Shown here piece after piece: positions 1 through 10,379 of a DNA stretch of 64,000 bases. Both the position numbers and the translations under genes were made by a program. Numbering within the stretch: position 1 is the stretch's first letter; every line of letters starts with the position of its first letter. Source of the stretch: Vicugna vicugna (lineage: Eukaryota); NCBI GenBank assembly GCA_013265495.1, contig MU058645.1:1-64000 (forward strand), given 5' to 3'. The notes below the pieces were generated by a model. It worked only from the letters and a program-made list of their open reading frames with translations. It had not been told where the DNA came from and did not search any database.

Positions 1-1615
1 AAAAAAAATAACAACTTCGTGCCAAAGTCAAAGCCATCAATATTTTTCTGTATTATCTTCTAGGCATCTCATAACTTTATGTTTTATGTTTAGGTCTATG
101 ATCCGTTTTGAGCTAACTTTTGTGAAAAGTGTGAAGTCGGCGTCTAGGTTCGTTTTCCCGTGTGGATGCCCAGTTGCTGCAGCTCTGTTTGTTGAAAGAT
201 TGTTTTCTCTACAGAGAATTTCCATTGCTCCTTTTCCAAAGATCGGTTGACTATATTTGTGTGGAACTATTTCATGCCTCCATTCTGTTCCTTTGTTCTC
301 TTTGTCTGTCACTTTACCAGTACCTCTCTGTCCTGATTACTGAGGCTCGACATTTGATAAGACTTGCAGTTGGATGATGTCAGTTCCCTGATTCTGTTTT
401 CCTCGTTCAGTCTTATGTTGGCCAAGCCAGTCTTGTGCCTTTATGTATGAACTTCAGAGTCAGTTTGTTGCTATTCACAGTGTAACTTACTGAGAGTTGA
501 TTTGGATATCACTGACTCTATTGATCAACTTGGGCAGAATTGACAATTTAACAGTACTGAATCTTCCTATTGATAAACATGGAATATCTTTCCATTTTTG
601 AGCCTTATTTATTTAGATCTTATTTATTATTTCTAATTATTTGCATCTTTCTAAGATGGAAGCTTAGACAGCATAGTTGATGTTGTTCTGTTTCTCTCGT
701 CTATGTAGTCGGTGCTATAAATTTCCCTCTCAGCACTGCTTTCGCTGCGTCTCTCAGGTTTTAGTAAGTTGTGCTTTCATTTTCACTTACTTCAAAATAT
801 TTTAAAATTATCATTGGGGCTTCTTCTTTGACTCACTTATTTTGTAGAAGTGTGTCATTTAATCTCTAAATATGTTGGATTTTCCAGCCATCTTCCTGTT
901 ATTGATTTTTACCTTAATTCCATTGTTGTGTGAAAACATACTTTGCATGACGTCCATTCTTTTAAATTTGTCAGGGTGCATTTTATTACCTAAAATGTGT
1001 TCTATGTTGGTGAATGTTCTCTGTGCGCTTGAGAAGAGTGTACATTCTATTGTTGTTGGATGAAGAAATCTATAAATGTCAACTAGATCCAGTTGATTGA
1101 TGATGCTGTTCAGTTCAATTATATCCTTACAGATTTTCTGCTTACTGGATCTGCATGTTATTGAAACAGGGGTGTTGAAATCTCCAGCTACAACAGTGGC
1201 TTCATATATTTCTCTTTGCAATTTTGTTCAACCTATTTTAATGATCTGTTGTTAGGTGCATACATGTTAAGGATTGTTATGTCCTCCTGGAGAACTGATC
1301 TGTTCATCATTAAGTAATGCTCTTACTTATCTCTTATAATTTTCCTTGCCGTAAAGTTTGCTTTGTCAGAAATTAATATAACTTTTCTATCTTTCTTTTG
1401 ATTAGTGTTAGCATGGTAAAGGCTTCTCCACCTCTTTACTCTTAATCTGTCTGGGTCTTTATATTTAAATTGAGTTTCTTATAGACAACATATAGGTGGT
1501 TCTTGTTTTTGTATTCCTTCTGAAAGTCTTTGTGTTTTAATTGATGTATTTAGGCCATTCAGATTTAAAACAGATTTCTAGTATAATTGGATGAATATCT
1601 TCCATATTTATAGCT
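1..1615 (-). mobile_element. Old LINE-1 (L1M-type) fragment, internally deleted
   Basis: Minus ORF 859-1221 is an L1 ORF2 endonuclease segment (AGDFNTP...LNSIINQLDLVDIYR). Minus ORF 37-312 matches the ORF2 C-terminal region (EIVPHKYSQPIFGKGA...IIDLNIK). Frameshifts and stops lie in between. Confidence 0.9.
859..1221 (-). pseudogene. Degenerate L1 ORF2p APE-like endonuclease fragment
   Basis: GDFN motif, DIYRFLHP and a decayed SDH motif (FSHNNGIK), typical of the L1 endonuclease. Confidence 0.9.
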
Positions 1616-1617
1616 GC

Positions 1618-2590
1618 TAGAGAGCCCAGAAATGAACCCACAAACTTTTGGTCAACTAATCTTTGACAAAGGAGGAAAGAATATACAATGGAATAAAGAC
1701 AGTCTCTTCAGCAAATGGTGTTAGGAAAACTGGACAGCAGCATTCAAATCAATGAAGCTAGAACACTCCCTTATACCACACACAAAAATAAACTCAAAAT
1801 GGATCAAAGACTTAAACATAAGACAAGATACAATAAACCTCCTAGAAGAAAATATAGGAAAAACATTATCGGACATAAATCTCAAAAATGTTCTCCTAGG
1901 GCAGTCTACCCAAGCAATAGAAATAAAAGCAAGAATAAACAAATGGGACCTAATGAAACTTACAAGCTTCTGCACAGCAAAGGAAACCATAAGTAAAACA
2001 AAATGACAACCTACAGAATGGGAGAAAATTTTTGCAAATGAAACCGACAAAGGCTTGATCTCCAGAATATATAAGCAGACCATCTTTCAAAAGTCTACGA
2101 ATGACAAATGCTGGAGAGGCTGTGGAGAAAAGGGAACCCTCCTCCACTGCTGGTGGGAATGCAGTTCTTGCAGCCACTGTGGAAAACTGTATGAAGATTC
2201 CTCAAAAGACTAGGAATAGGCTTATAATATGACCCAGGAATCCCGCTCCTGGGCATATATCCAGAAGGAGCCCTACTTCAAAATGACACCTGCACCCCAA
2301 TGTTCATAGCAGCAGTATTTACAATAGCCAAGACATGGAGACAGCCTAAATGTCCATCAACAGATGACTGGATAAAGAAGAAGTGGTATATTTNNNNNNN
2401 NNNNNNNNNNNNNNNNNNNNNNNNNNNNNNNNNNNNNNCATAACGCCAAGCAACATGGATGCTCCTGGAGAATGTCATTCTAAGTGAAGTAAGCCAGAAA
2501 GAGAAAGAAAAATACCATATGAGTTCACTCATATGTGGAATCTTAAAAAAAACAACAAAAAAGATAAACACAAAACAGAAACAGAAACTT
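1618..2590 (+). mobile_element. Younger lineage-specific LINE-1, 3' part of ORF2
   Basis: ORF 1752-2006 (MKLEHSLIPHTKINSKWIKDLN...INKWDLMKLTSFCTAKET) is L1 ORF2 C-terminal. It continues to the ORF2 end (ENVILSEVSQKEK) and an A-rich stretch. Confidence 0.95.
2394..2438. other. Assembly gap (45 N)
   Basis: Run of n in the sequence. Confidence 1.
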
Positions 2591-2875
2591 AGAGCTGGGA
2601 CTTGAGCCGTAGACCCTGTGATTTGTTTGTGGTATATTTTTAGGGTTATTATTTTAATGCTTATTTAGCATCTCCCACACATCAGGTAGAAGGGTACACA
2701 TCATTGCTCTCACTTCTAGTGAGAAAGGTGAAAAACGGTCTGAGTGAAATGAGACCGAGGAGAGGGAAGTGCAGGTTGAGCTCCTCGGGGGGCCTGCCCA
2801 GTCTTCCTGGTGGCTTCTTTGGGGCTTTTACACCACATTTTATTTTATTTTATTCTTTTCTTGTTCAACATAAGA

Positions 2876-3318
2876 AATTTATTTTATTTTATTTTTATTG
2901 AGGTATAGTTGATTTACAATGTTGTGTTATTTCTGGTGTACATCATAGTAATTCAGTTATACATATATATATACATTTTCATATTCTTTTTCATTATAGG
3001 TTACTACAAGATAATGAATAGTAGGACCTTGTTGTTTATCTATTTTATACATAGTAATGAGTGTCTGCAAATCCCAAACTCCCAATTTATCCCTTCCTAT
3101 CCCCTTGGCTCCCTGGTAGCTGTAAGTTTGTTTTCTATGTCTGTGAGTCTGTTTCTGTTTTGCAAATAAGTTCATTTGTGTCATTTTTTAGATTCCATAT
3201 ATGTGATATCATATGATATTTGTCTTTCTCTCTCTGACTTACTTCACGTAATTTCATCACCTCCAGGTCCATCCATGTTGCTGCAAATGGCATGATTTCA
3301 TTCTTTCCCGTGGTTGGG
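2876..3318 (-). mobile_element. 5'-truncated LINE-1 3' end (cetartiodactyl-type 3' UTR)
   Basis: T-rich tail followed by ttattgaggtatagttgatttacaatgttgtg...ttagattccatat...tccatccatgttgctgcaaatggc; paralogous to the copies at 3888, 50061 and 62400. Confidence 0.9.
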
Positions 3319-3547
3319 CCAAGCCCCGCAGTTTAGAGTGTGCGCTGAGGTGGCCCCGCTCCCCCAGCCCTCCGCAGCTCCCAGAGCTTTTCCTCTAAGA
3401 GCTGGAAGGAGCAGGGCAGGGTGCTTGGGGCTGAGCAGACGGAGGACGTGCCCAGTTCTTCCAGGAGCCTTCTGGCTTGAGTCAGCTTCTGAGCCCTCAG
3501 TCTGCTTGTCGACCTTGTCCCTCGTCCCGCTTGAACCTACACGGGGC

Positions 3548-3690
3548 ACTTCAACGTCCCTCAGCCTCGGATTCCTCATCTGAATATGAGTGACTTGCTG
3601 GACTGGGGTTAGGCGTACAGGGACGCTTTCTTGTACCCGGCGCGTGGCAGATGCTCGCAGGTGTGAGTTAAGTAGCAGCTACAGTGTTGA
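3548..3690 (+). mobile_element. MIR SINE fragment (GC-shifted)
   Basis: cctcagcctcggattcctcatctgaatatg resembles the MIR core (cctcagtttcctcatctgtaaaatg). Confidence 0.6.
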
Positions 3691-3699
3691 TCGACTGCA

Positions 3700-3887
3700 C
3701 TGCTAAGTGCCTTCTGTGGGTTAACACGTCTCACCTTTAAAACTCTCTGATGAGAGGGCAGGTCCCCCGCCATGGACACGAGGAAGCTGCGGCACCGAGA
3801 GACGGAGGGCCTGCCCCACGGCCCCGCGGCGCTGCAGCCAGGTCGGCACCCGCTCCTCACGTGGAGCCTGGGCTGGAGCTGCACTTC
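3700..3887 (-). mobile_element. MIR SINE (GC-shifted), interrupted by an L1 insertion
   Basis: cgaggaagctgcggcaccgagagacg resembles the antisense MIR core gaggaaactgaggcacagagagg; it resumes at about 4460 (ctcttaact). Confidence 0.6.
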
Positions 3888-4458
3888 TGTTGTCGTTTTT
3901 GTTTGTTTTTTATTGAAGCACAGTCTGTTTACATTGTGTCAGTTTCTGGTGTCCTGCACAATAGTTCAGTCATGCACGTGCACGCACACAGTCCGTCCCA
4001 CAGTCTTCTCCACGGGTTACCACGAGTCACTTAGCATAGTCCCCTGGGCTGCACAGAAGACACTGGTTCATTTTGTGCGTATAGTCAATGTCTACAAATC
4101 TTGAGCTCCCGATTTATCCCTTCCCACCTTTTCCCCCCCAGTAACCACAAATTTGTTTTCTATGTCTGTGAGTCTGTTTCTGTTCTTCAAACTAGTTCAT
4201 TTGTCTTTTTTTTAAGATTCTACCTATTAGTGATATTATATGGTGTTTTTCTTTCTCTTTCTGGCTTTCTTCACTTAGAATGATGATCTCTAGGTCCACC
4301 CGTGTTGCTGCAAATGACATTATTTCATTCTTTTTTATGGCTGAGTACTATTCCACTGTGTAAATACACCACCCTCCTCTCTCCAGTCACCTATGATGAT
4401 ATACTGAAGTCACTAACACGTCTTGGCTGCTGTGAACACTGGGTGCAGGTGTCCTTCT
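3888..4458 (-). mobile_element. 5'-truncated LINE-1 3' end with degenerate TSD
   Basis: Same 3' UTR family as the 2876 and 50061 copies; flanks are gagctgcacttc (3876-3887) and gagcctgcactc (4459-4470). Confidence 0.9.
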
Positions 4459-5743
4459 GAGCCTGCACTCTTAACTAAGCCTGAGTGGGGCCCTCCAGCC
4501 ACCCTGCCTGCCCTCAGCCACCTTTAACCATGTAGCCCCAGGAAAAGGGAGGGAACAGGTTTGTTTTATCCTGGGTGTATAGTTAGGCAACAACTTTGGG
4601 GGCATAAAGAAAGAAAAGTGAGCCTGTCATCTTCCAGAAGGTGGAGACAGCACTGTGGAATTCTGCAGCCAAAATGGCCCATGTCTGGGGACAGTCGGGA
4701 GCAGGGCCATTCCCAGCCTCTCTCCGCTCTTTGCAAACAGCTGAAAGGCATGTAGCACCACACTTCTGCCCCCCATCACAGCGTGCACCCCTGCAAACTG
4801 CAGCTGTGTTCATTGCTGAGTGATTCTGTCAGGCGAGGGTAACACAGTGACTAAGTCCTGGCCCTTTACCTTTGAAATTTTCTTCTTTAACTCTTCAGCT
4901 GGTTGAGAGCTCAGGGCGTCCCTCGTATCTGTAACTCATTCTGCACAGCACTGCCTCGCTGGACTGCTCTGGCCACCTGGAGCTCCTCTGTGCTCTCCCA
5001 TCCAGGAGTGTCTGTGAGTCTCCTTGCTCAGCCCGATGGGATGTTGAGTAATCTGGTCTTTTCCTTTTTCTCCCTTTTTCCATGCAGAAGACATATCACC
5101 GATGTAACATTTTTTACTTTAGAAATATGTGAATTTATTTTGCTATCTTTCATTTAATTCATTTTATTAGGATGGCAGGAAAGAATATATTTATTCTGTT
5201 CTGATATAAATATTCATTGGCCAATAATCTAGGGAATTACAAGCCAAGATAGAGAAACAAAATAAAGAAGGGAGACTGCTAAATAGATTGCTGGCGTGAT
5301 GCAGAGCAATCATGGAAAGAAGGAAGATGTACCTCCAGGTATTTATAAACTCTTGAAACATTATTTCCCAGAGGAAGCCTTACCACTAGCTTCTCTTTCA
5401 CACGGAGAAAAGCAGTGTTGTATCCGGGAGCCCCTCAGGGTTAGTTTTCTCAGCTCACCCCCCTGGGTGGCATCATCACATTAAAATATCTATGTGTTCC
5501 ATTGAAAGACCTCAGATGCATTCTCTCCTCCTCCCCCTACAGCTGCGAAACGCAGCTCAGGTAGCTGTGGGAATCGCAGCTCCTCCCCGCCCCCATGTAA
5601 TTAGTCTACTGCGTGTCAGCCTTCCTGAGGTTTTCCGTGCCCTTTACAGATGCGTTGTTTCCATTCTTCATGCAGTCAGATCAAGAAACACGCCCCCAAA
5701 GGCCTGGGACTGCAGCCCCCGGTGCTCAGCATCCCGCCTCTCA

Positions 5744-5755
5744 NNNNNNNNNNNN
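5744..5755. other. Assembly gap (12 N) adjacent to poly-C
   Basis: Run of n followed by a C homopolymer. Confidence 1.
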
Positions 5756-6546
5756 CCCCCCCCCCCCCCGCCATCCCGCCTGAGCAGTGGCATTGCTTAA
5801 GGCAGCGTTAATTAATTTCTCCCTGCTTATCCCGCAGCCCCTCGCAGGATATCTGGTCTCGGAATCGACTTCCTGGTCTTATATTTTTTCACAATCCAGA
5901 TTAGCTTAATGCACGACAGAAACCTCATCTCGACCTGGAGGTAGCAGTCAGACTCTAGGGAGAAATCAAATACCCAGTCAATTTGGGGAAAAAAAATAGA
6001 ACTCCTGCAGCAAATTTATTTTCAGCACCTTTGAGACTGGACAGGGGGTGAGGGGAGAAGTAGCCCTCCCTGCTGGCTAGGGGTGTGTGTACACGCTCAC
6101 ACGCAGAGTTACTGAATGCATTCCTTGGATTTTAACTAAATGATGGTATTGGCAAAATGCAAAGTGTTCATTTATTGACTGCACAGGGGCAGAGAATATC
6201 ACAAAGTGACAATTTAAATCACTACCTCAAATTTATATCCAGTTCTCTCTTTTAGTTTTGCCTTGCTCCCATGTGTATATTATTTACATTTATTAATTAG
6301 TTTATATAAAATGCCAGGGTACACTCAACATCCCACATACCACTTGGGCTCAGAATATCTTCCCCAGCGTTTCTCCCAGCTTCTGGCATGCCTGTTTCCG
6401 GAGATGAATCAGAATAGCAAGAGAAGGCTAACTGACAGGTCTGTGAGGCGGAAGGTAAGCTGTGACCTACAAGGGGAACTGTCCTTCTAATGAGACCACA
6501 GCCAAAACGATCCCGTGCGGATGCTCAGGCGCGCTTCTCCGCGCCG

Positions 6547-6560
6547 CCAGCAGGTGGCAG
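6547..6560 (+). promoter_or_regulatory. Putative CTCF binding motif
   Basis: CCAGCAGGTGGCAG matches all 14 positions of CCASYAGRKGGCRS, in a CpG-rich non-repeat context. Confidence 0.55.
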
Positions 6561-7569
6561 CGGAGCCTCGGGGTCCGCCGGGCCCTGGGCTCCGTCGTGA
6601 ACGGACCCCTTCACTTGCGTTCATCTTCACTTGTCAGATTCTTCTAAGTGCTTTCTGTCCCTGACCCTGAAGTTACATCATTTAATCCATAATCATATAT
6701 TGCCAACATTTCTCCCTTTTGCCGCCTATCAATGGCATTAATTCAGAGGAAACAGGGACCACTGATAGCTTTGGGCCGCCCTCTGCCAAAAAGGAAATCA
6801 GAAGGCAGACAACGTGTCTGAGATAAAGCAGCGGGTCTGAAGGGAGAAGGGAAAGAGGGAACATAATCCGCTTTGCATTTCTCCCCTTCCTTTGCTTTGT
6901 AACTCATTTCACTCATTCAAAGCGTAGGTTTTTGGTTGAAGATGCATTTGCTTAGATGTCCCATTGACCACGTCCCTACGTGTAAGGAAACCCCATCTGA
7001 AGTGATGTTAAAATGCTCTTTCCCAGAATAGACAGTCGGAAGCTGGCGTCTCGGGCTGAACTTCTCGTAGTAAAAACAGGGCCCGTGATGCTCAGCTCCC
7101 TCTTGTGAGACCTTCCTGGTCCCATGACTGCACAGCAGAGGCGTTTCTCAGAAGGGACCAGACATTATAAAAGGGAAGGCTCCCGGACACCGCCAGTTAA
7201 CCAGTTAGCACTAAACTGATGAGCTGTAAGGAGGAAAAAAGACAGTTTTTCTTTTTCCCCTCAAACTCTTTGAATTTCCGGGAGAGTGACAGCATGTCTG
7301 CTTACATGGACGATTGTCATTGTCTCCCAAGACTCTAGGTGGTACTGCTGAATCACCCTGTGATTTCGGTATTTCCCTTTATCACAGTTCTTCTATTTTC
7401 CCACTTTTTTGGGCATCTGGGGTGCTAACTTCAGAAAATATATTGAAAGGAGCACATAGAAAGAAAGAGACAACACTGTAAAAGAAATCAACCGGAAATC
7501 TGCAGGGTCTGAGAACGACGGTTTAGATGTGCACGTGTGTGTTCAGCTCTAGGCCCCACATTTAGAATG

Positions 7570-8130
7570 ATTTTCAGCTGCGTCAGAACGTTCTAGAAGT
7601 CGCAGCGGTGTGAGGACGCAGCGGTGATGAATTGCGCTGCGCGGGAGCGCGCTTCCCGCGAAGCCTGCGGGCGAGCGAGCGGAGAGCGCTCCGCGGGGAC
7701 GCGGCGGGCGCCCTGCGTGCGGGGCTGCCGGGTGGGCGTCCGTACGTGGGGCGGCGCCGGGGGCCGGACAGGCGCGCGCACAGCCGCCCCCGCGCTCGGG
7801 CCGGGTGTCCGCGGGCACGCCGGGCCGCGGGTGCCGTTTCTGCATCATGCTGTTGCCTTTCCTGAGAACAAAGCCGTTCCGAACGTCTTTCCTCCTGTCG
7901 CGGTACAGTGAGCTGAGGAAAATGAAAGCTGGTGCAGAACGAAAAAGAAAATTCCAAGCGACTGTTTCCAGCGATGCTCAGGCAGAAAGAGGAGGAGGTT
8001 CCTCCCCCCGGACGCCCGGCGGCGGCCCCTGGGGCGGGGCCCCCTCCGCCGGCCCCGCGTCTGCTGGCGGCGGGGCCGGGCCGTTGCCCTCTTCTCGGCG
8101 TCGGAGCAGGCGTTTGAGCTGCGCTGTGCA
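7570..8130. promoter_or_regulatory. CpG island / GC-rich block
   Basis: About 550 bp of very high GC and CpG density with GGGGCGGGGC (SP/KLF) boxes; no recognisable associated exon. Confidence 0.75.
7585..7599. promoter_or_regulatory. Perfect three-unit heat shock element (HSF motif)
   Basis: AGAACGTTCTAGAAG = nGAAnnTTCnnGAAn. Confidence 0.5.
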
Positions 8131-8399
8131 AACTCCTTTTCCGTGCCTTTGATTCCATTATATCCAGTTCACCTCCCCTCCACTCACCTTCCACCAATGG
8201 CAAGTTTTACCTTCATTATTTCCAACACTTTTTAAGAACTCAATCCCCCCCTCCCCGACTATCATAGAATAAACAACCCCCTCTTTTCAAAACACACACA
8301 CGTGCCCGGACTGCCACTGAACTCACACCGTGGACCGGATCCCGTCCTGTAAGCTCCGCATCCAGTGACGTAAACTCAATCCACACATCAATCATTCTC

Positions 8400-8550
8400 C
8401 CTCAGAAGATATCACCCCCACTTTACCAGTGAAGACGGTGAGATTCTGAGAGGCTAAGCCACTTGCCAAGGGCTCCAAACGACAAAGAAGAGAGAGAAAT
8501 GATCATCCAGACCGTCTGACTCAAAATCCCGTGTGTTAACGACTGTGTTA
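8400..8550 (-). mobile_element. MIR SINE
   Basis: cccactttaccagtgaagacggtgagattctgagaggctaagccacttgccaagg matches the antisense MIR core. Confidence 0.7.
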
Positions 8551-9699
8551 TGAGGCCTAAGTGTAACGTATGAGAAAGAACGATGTAAAACCCAGCAAAT
8601 TGGAGATTATCCTGCGCCCTTCATCCTCTTCCACCAGCTCATCAACGTCAGTAATTCATTTATCAAAGTCTTGCCGAGTGTCTGCTGGCACCAGTCACCG
8701 TTCTCCTGGAGCCACAGCCTGGGGAGGAAGTCACGTTGACCTAAGACACAATACCCAGTGTCCAGTGTCCATGGAGAGAGGGCCCGTTCACGCCCCTAGG
8801 AACACTCTTTAAAGACGAATCTACCCTGATTTGTTCCCTGTGTTTCCCGACTCAGCTGAGCACAGTCTGGCTTCTCTTTCCATCATTTCTTGGAAACTTA
8901 TTTCTTAGAGACGAGTTACTCCCTCGCTGTGGGAGACAGAGAACAGGAGAGTCTGTGGTCAAATCCAAAACCAAAAGCTGGCCAGGTCCGAAGGCGAGGT
9001 GCTCACAGGGCCGGCTGGGTCAGTCAGATGGGTTTGGGGGAAAAGGTGCAGACGGCAGACCTGGCGTGGGTGCTAAAGCCCACGTGCCTCCCCCTGACTT
9101 TGCAGCCTGTGTTTTCCACATCCTGGTACCCATGTTTTGCAGTATCCAGGACCTTAGCTGTGGCTGCCTGTGACCTCCTGCCCGTTATTTTCCCCCAAAC
9201 CAGTGTTGCAACCAGGCTTTGGTGGGCGTTCCTTTAGCCAAGATGCTCAAGCAGGAATCAGCGGTGCACTCGTAGCTGCACTGATGAGACGTGCACATGC
9301 GTCGCAGTTATCCTCCTTCGTGGCAGGCTCATTGTTCACGCTGCCCACGGGCTTACAGGCAACATCTGAGAGGACCCCTTCCGCTGACATTTTGGGCAGA
9401 GGTCATGTGTCCCACACCCAGGTCAGTGGACGCTGCTTTCCTTCCTTCTCTGGGAAGCAGGCAGCGGGACTTGTCTGTGGGAATCGTGCAAGGATGAAAG
9501 GCAGTGCTTGCAGAGCCCTGTGTCTGGAGGAAGCCCTGAGGGCATCTGGCTGGACTGTCACACTCTGTCCACATAGAGGAACGTCATGGGCAGTTATGAC
9601 AGTGAGGCTGCTTTGAAAGCCTACGTCTTCACATCTGTGCATGTGTCCCTGCTATTGGCTCGAACGTTACGAAGCACTGAGTTTGGTATTTGGAATGTC

Positions 9700-9970
9700 C
9701 TGTATCAGAAAACAAACGTACGGTCACCAAAGGGGAAAGACGGGAGGAGGGATGGCTTAGGAGTTTGGGATTAACAGGCACACACTACTGTACATGAAAT
9801 AGAGAAACAACAAAGACCTTCTGTAGAGCACAGGGAACTATTTCAGTATCTTGTAATAACCTTTAGTGGATGAGAATCTGAAAAAATAACACACATGTAT
9901 ATATAACTGAAGCACTTTGCTGTACACCTGCAACTATCACAGCGCTGTAAATCAACTGTCCTTCAAAAAA
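9700..9970 (+). mobile_element. LINE-1 3' UTR fragment
   Basis: ggagtttgggattaacagg...agcacagggaacta...tgtaaatcaact followed by an A tail. Confidence 0.85.
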
Positions 9971-10379
9971 CACTATCATACGTCAGATTTTATATAGTTG
10001 CAACATACATGCGGATATATATGTCTGTATATGTCAGAGAACGTATATAAAAGACTTTCCCAAATGAAGAAAAATTATTTTTCTTTCAACATGTAATAGA
10101 ACATTAATGGAACAATAATGGAAACACAAGGTGTTTAGGGACAGACGGATGGACATCCGAGAAACAAACAGCAAACACCCGGCAGTTACAGTGGGGTAAG
10201 AGAGCGTCACCAAGAGCAAAATGAAGCCATTTGTCACGAAGGCCTTTTTTTCTCCGGAGACCCGGCTTTCTTCCACAGAGCAGGGCTGATTCCAAGCCTG
10301 GGCAGTGTATTTTGACAGACTGCTTTGCATTAATTTATGCTCTCACATGTCAAGAGATCTGTGTTTGAGGTAAAGTTTC

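Noticed and set aside
2909..3169. Hydrophobic membrane-protein-like ORFs (also 47156-47620, 50064-50357, 56401-56607)
   Set aside because: They are translations of T-rich antisense L1 sequence
5722..5786. Repeated catcccgcct and inverted gctcag/ctgagc around poly-C
   Set aside because: It straddles an N gap and a homopolymer, so an assembly artefact cannot be excluded
7549..8203. Overlapping ORFs up to 206 aa in the CpG island
   Set aside because: They are Arg/Pro/Ala/Gly-rich, open in many frames on both strands because GC-rich DNA lacks stop codons, and contain no recognisable domain
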